Assembly (NCBI GenBank): GCA_029717555.1
Contig: JAMDHS010000048.1
Coordinates: forward strand, 124,001-172,872
Origin: Peribolospora baueri
Lineage: Eukaryota
Direction: 5' to 3'
DNA length: 48,872 nucleotides
Notes under the pieces: generated by a model
What the model saw: the letters and a program-made list of their open reading frames with translations, nothing else
The model's database searches: none
What the model was told of the DNA's origin: nothing
Part shown: piece after piece, positions 45,367-48,872 of the stretch
How positions within the stretch are numbered: position 1 is the stretch's first letter
Layout of the letters: each line of letters begins with the position of its first letter
Position numbers and translations under genes: made by a program

Positions 45367-47159
45367 ATGGCGCACGGAGGCCTGACCGAAGACGGCGCTT
45401 GCGGCTGCCGCTGTCAATGTGTGGACGTGAGTGATGAGCGACGACGGCACACTCGAAACACGGCCGACTGTCTCTCCACCCATCTTCCCTCCCTCCTAAA
45501 CCACACCCTCTCCGTCCGCCTTTCCAGAAACATACCCTCATCAGGATCGCCACCTCATCCCCGCATTTGCTCCCCATCCCCCTCTTGTCACGTCCCAACC
45601 TCGGCGTCGGTGACGACTTTTGCTGGTGTGACAGTGCGTTTCACACCCCACGCACGCCCACCCTTTCTCCTCCAGCTCATCCCTTCCACCTTCTTCTTCC
45701 TCCAGGCGGCTTCGATTGCCTCTGTGCCTCCTACGGAGACATCTGCAACTGCGCCCCTTGCAAAGCCCTTGACACCGGCCAGCCGCCGCTCCTGCATTCC
45801 GCCGATGCCTGCACTCACACTTTCCAGTCCCACAGTCGCCAACTTTTCTCCAGTGCTTCCAAATGGACGGCAGGCGAAAAGTCCGCGTCGCACTTGGTTT
45901 TGCCGCCTCGAAACGGTAGCAAGCGGTTGCGTAGACCGAGAACGGCAGATGCTCCCGGCCCACGAAAAGCAGATCGCCTCGACATCGGCGACGGCGGCCC
46001 CACCGCCGTGCCGCCGTCCGGGGCGAGCCAAGACCAGACGGTCAAGCCGTGCCGACGAAGAGAGCGCACCCTCTCGGCCACCATGCCTCTCAGCGCTCGC
46101 CCTCGCCCTCGCCGGAGCACAGAGTCAGACGAGGCCGGCGCTCTGCCTTGCTCTCCACCGCCGACGGACGATCATCGTCCGTTGGTTTCGCCCGAGCACT
46201 CGCCACCCTCTCCAAAGTGGCGCCGACGTGCGGCTCTGCTACCCGCTCAAACGCCTCCGCCCTCCTCTCCCCCGCCAAGCATCCCAGAGCCGCTAGGCAT
46301 CCCAGATCTCACGCGGACACCGAGTCTGAGCGCCTCCTACAGCTCGGGTGCGTGCAGCATGACCCCTGCTCAGGAGGTCGCACACCTCTACCGATCGCGT
46401 TCTCAGAGCCTGTCTAGTGCCAACGGTTTCGCCGTCGACGCCGGAGGCCCGCTGCCGGTCTGCTCCACCGCCGCAGAGGGACACGACACGGGCCTGCCTC
46501 TGATCCTCACAAAGGCCAAAACGAACAGGCACATCAACGCCGACGCCAATGCAGGTACGAGGAAGAAGCATGGCGACCCGCCCTTGTTTCCCGACCTCGG
46601 CTCCCCTCCCAAATCCGTTGGAGCCGCGTCGTCGTCGAAGGAGCGCCGGCCGTCGCCCGCCTCGCCTCGATTCGCTCCGCGCATCCGCCCGGCCACCAGC
46701 ACCGGCTGCCCGTCCTCGTCTCCGCACTCGCCTCTCCTCCCCATACATCCGCCCCGAGGCTTCGATCTCGGCGTCAAGGCGCGCGCAGTCAAGTCGACGG
46801 ACATGCCGCGCGACGCCGCCCCTTTCCCTTCCGCCAAGAAGCTCTTCTCCAAAAACCGGCCGAGTTTGAGCTTGGGATGGGGCGGCGGCGGCGGCGCGCT
46901 CGATGTGCGGGTCGACGCCAGCATGACCGAGTGGGTCGAAAGGGCGGCAGCGCTGGAGGCCACCGGCGCGTCCTCCTCCGCCAAGCTTTCTCATGCCGTT
47001 CCTGGAAGGAGACCGGGAACGGGAACGGGAACGACGCCGGGCGCGAAGGAGAAGGAGAGGGAGCAGGACGGACTGGCACCGGGGAAGAAAAGGACGGCCA
47101 AGGACAGGGCGAAGGAGTGGTGGAGCAAGATGCGGAGGGGACAGGCGTCCAAGGGGTGA
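45367..47159 (+). CDS. Hypothetical protein (~563 aa, 2 exons) with a Cys-rich N-terminus and a Pro/Ser-rich disordered body
   Basis: Exon 45367-45426 (MAHGGLTEDGACGCRCQCVD|gtgagt) splices in phase 0 to tttccag|AAA at 45528 and joins the 45567-47159 ORF, which contains FCWC and CLCASYGDICNCAPC. Confidence 0.65.
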
Positions 47160-48637
47160 AGTGGCCTCGCCCGCTGTCCGTATCGTCTTTTTTTTTTTTG
47201 TCGGTCGTACGCCGGCTACACCGCTCCTTTTTCTCTCTTTTCCCTTGTCGTCCTTCCCCTCGCTCCCTCACCGCCGCCGGTCGGCCCACTCCATTCCCTC
47301 GCCGGAAACACTCGTTGGCACATATATATACATATACCCCCGCTATTCTCTCGTCTCGGCCACACTCTTATCATACATACATACAGTCAACCCTGTCTAT
47401 AAGCATACGAGTTGTATAGCCCTAGGGCTATGCAGTATGCGGGAGGGAGACTGTTTATACATATTTGCCGCAGTCGTCGCCACAGTTGCCGCAGTCCTTG
47501 CCGCAGTCGATAGCGTCCATCAAGACATGAATTCCAAGCTTTACTATAGAGTATGTACTCGTCATAACACAACCATGTTCAGGAAGAAGCATGTGCAGAA
47601 AAGAATTGTCGAAGATCGGTTTGTTTACGCTGCTCGGTGACATGTTCTTTGAAAGAATGGTGAAACGCGGGACAAGCACCCACGTGTAGTAATGTTAGAA
47701 CTGGAGCGAGGATGGACGAAAGTGTATGTTACTGCTTCGTTGTTGTTAATGAGAGCGTACAAAGAGGAAAACCGCAGCAACACTGCCTACATGGTCATGT
47801 CCGCTTTCAGCCGCGTAACCACGGTGCTCGTCACCACCAACCTCCAACAGCCACGAGGATGCACGTGATCCTCAACCCTAACTATGCAGGCCGAGTGGGC
47901 ATAACTGGTAAGGACGGCACCGGTGTCAGTGCTATGCAATATGCGGGTATGTCAGTATGCATATAGACCAGTGTTTTGGCTGGGATTAGTCAATTTTTGG
48001 CTGGGGAGCAAACGGGAAAGGGAGATCGCTATGCACTATGCGAAGGCATGCCTAGGGACCCGTGTGCTAGCCGCATGCATCAGCCGATCGACCGTCTCTA
48101 CTAGCCTCGTACCCTCACCTCACCTCAAGCACAACGTAGCGCCTAAGTCGATCCAAATCCAATCTGTCGTCCAGCCATCTATCTTCCTCGTCCCGCTCCG
48201 GGGTTTTGGCATGTGCCTTCTAGGGCGGTCCTTCCTTCCTACGATTCGATAATGTTATTGCAAGAGATGAAGATGCGGTACGGAGTGGGGGATACAGAAG
48301 CAGACGTCGGTGAGAGAGGGTTTGAGCATGGTGAAGGAAAAGACGGTCAGATGGTCACGGTCAGACGGTTAGACGGGCAGACGGTTAGGACGCCAAGGAG
48401 AGGGAGGCGGTAACAGAACCAAAGGGAGACTCGGATCAGACGCGCTTCCAGTCGTCCTCGGAGGTGGTCGGCGGACGGGGAGAGCTGCTCTCCGGTGGCG
48501 CTGGCGCTGGCGCTGAGAAGGGGGTCTGCAGAATGGCGGGGAGGTAAGACCGGGGGGTTCATCACTACGTTCAGCATGCCGTCAAGTCCGGTCGACGGCG
48601 CGGGGCGCTCACGTTATGGCTCTCGACCTCCTTCGCG

Positions 48638-48674
48638 TTCCCGTTCCCGTTCCCATTCCCGTTCCCATTCCCGT
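48638..48674. repeat. (TTCCCR)n hexamer repeat
   Basis: ttcccg/ttccca units read directly (~6 copies). Confidence 0.8.
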
Positions 48675-48842
48675 CTCTCGGAAGCTGCTTGCGTATGGTA
48701 GCACGCAGCTTCTCGATGCTGTCGGCTATCGTCGAGAGCTGTTGTTCGGCGAAGACGGTGGCCTTTGCGAGGGGCGAAGGAAGGAAAATGGATGAGCGAC
48801 GAAAAGGAAAAAAAAGAAATGCAGGGCACGGACAAGAAGAAG

Positions 48843-48871
48843 AAAAAAAAAAAAAAAAAAAAAAAAAAAAA
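48843..48871. repeat. Poly(A) homopolymer (29 nt) at the window end
   Basis: Read directly; a likely cause of a contig break. Confidence 0.9.
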
Positions 48872-48872
48872 G

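Noticed and set aside
48843..48872. Poly(A) tail of a retrocopy or LINE
   Set aside because: No upstream RT or processed-gene sequence, and no TSD is visible. It reads equally well as a T-rich tract on the minus strand at the window edge.

Overview
GC-rich, intron-rich fungal genomic DNA, most likely a basidiomycete (GTGAGY/GTAAGT donors, CTRAC-type branch sites, ~70-190 nt introns). It ends in a poly(A) run that may be a contig edge. Manual splicing recovers about 11 protein genes. Seven are recognisable: eIF2B-beta (GCD7), a large DH-PH RhoGEF, a Boi1/Boi2/Pob1-type SH3-SAM-PH protein, a mitochondrial single-domain rhodanese, Mediator Med17, an FBXO21-like F-box/YccV protein and a salicylate-hydroxylase-like FAD monooxygenase. 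Four are orphans: a low-complexity protein, a 4-exon single-pass membrane protein, a PY-motif protein and a Cys-rich protein. An intron-containing tRNA-Leu(CAA) is also present. The least explained part is a ~1.9 kb non-coding island immediately upstream of the tRNA. It holds three diverged copies of a hairpin-rich unit, a small tandem duplication and a five-copy interspaced ~32-35 bp motif array, and may be a decayed tRNA-targeted mobile element and/or a repeated structured RNA. No CRISPR system or intact transposon ORF is evident. All calls come from reading the sequence by eye; no database searches were run.
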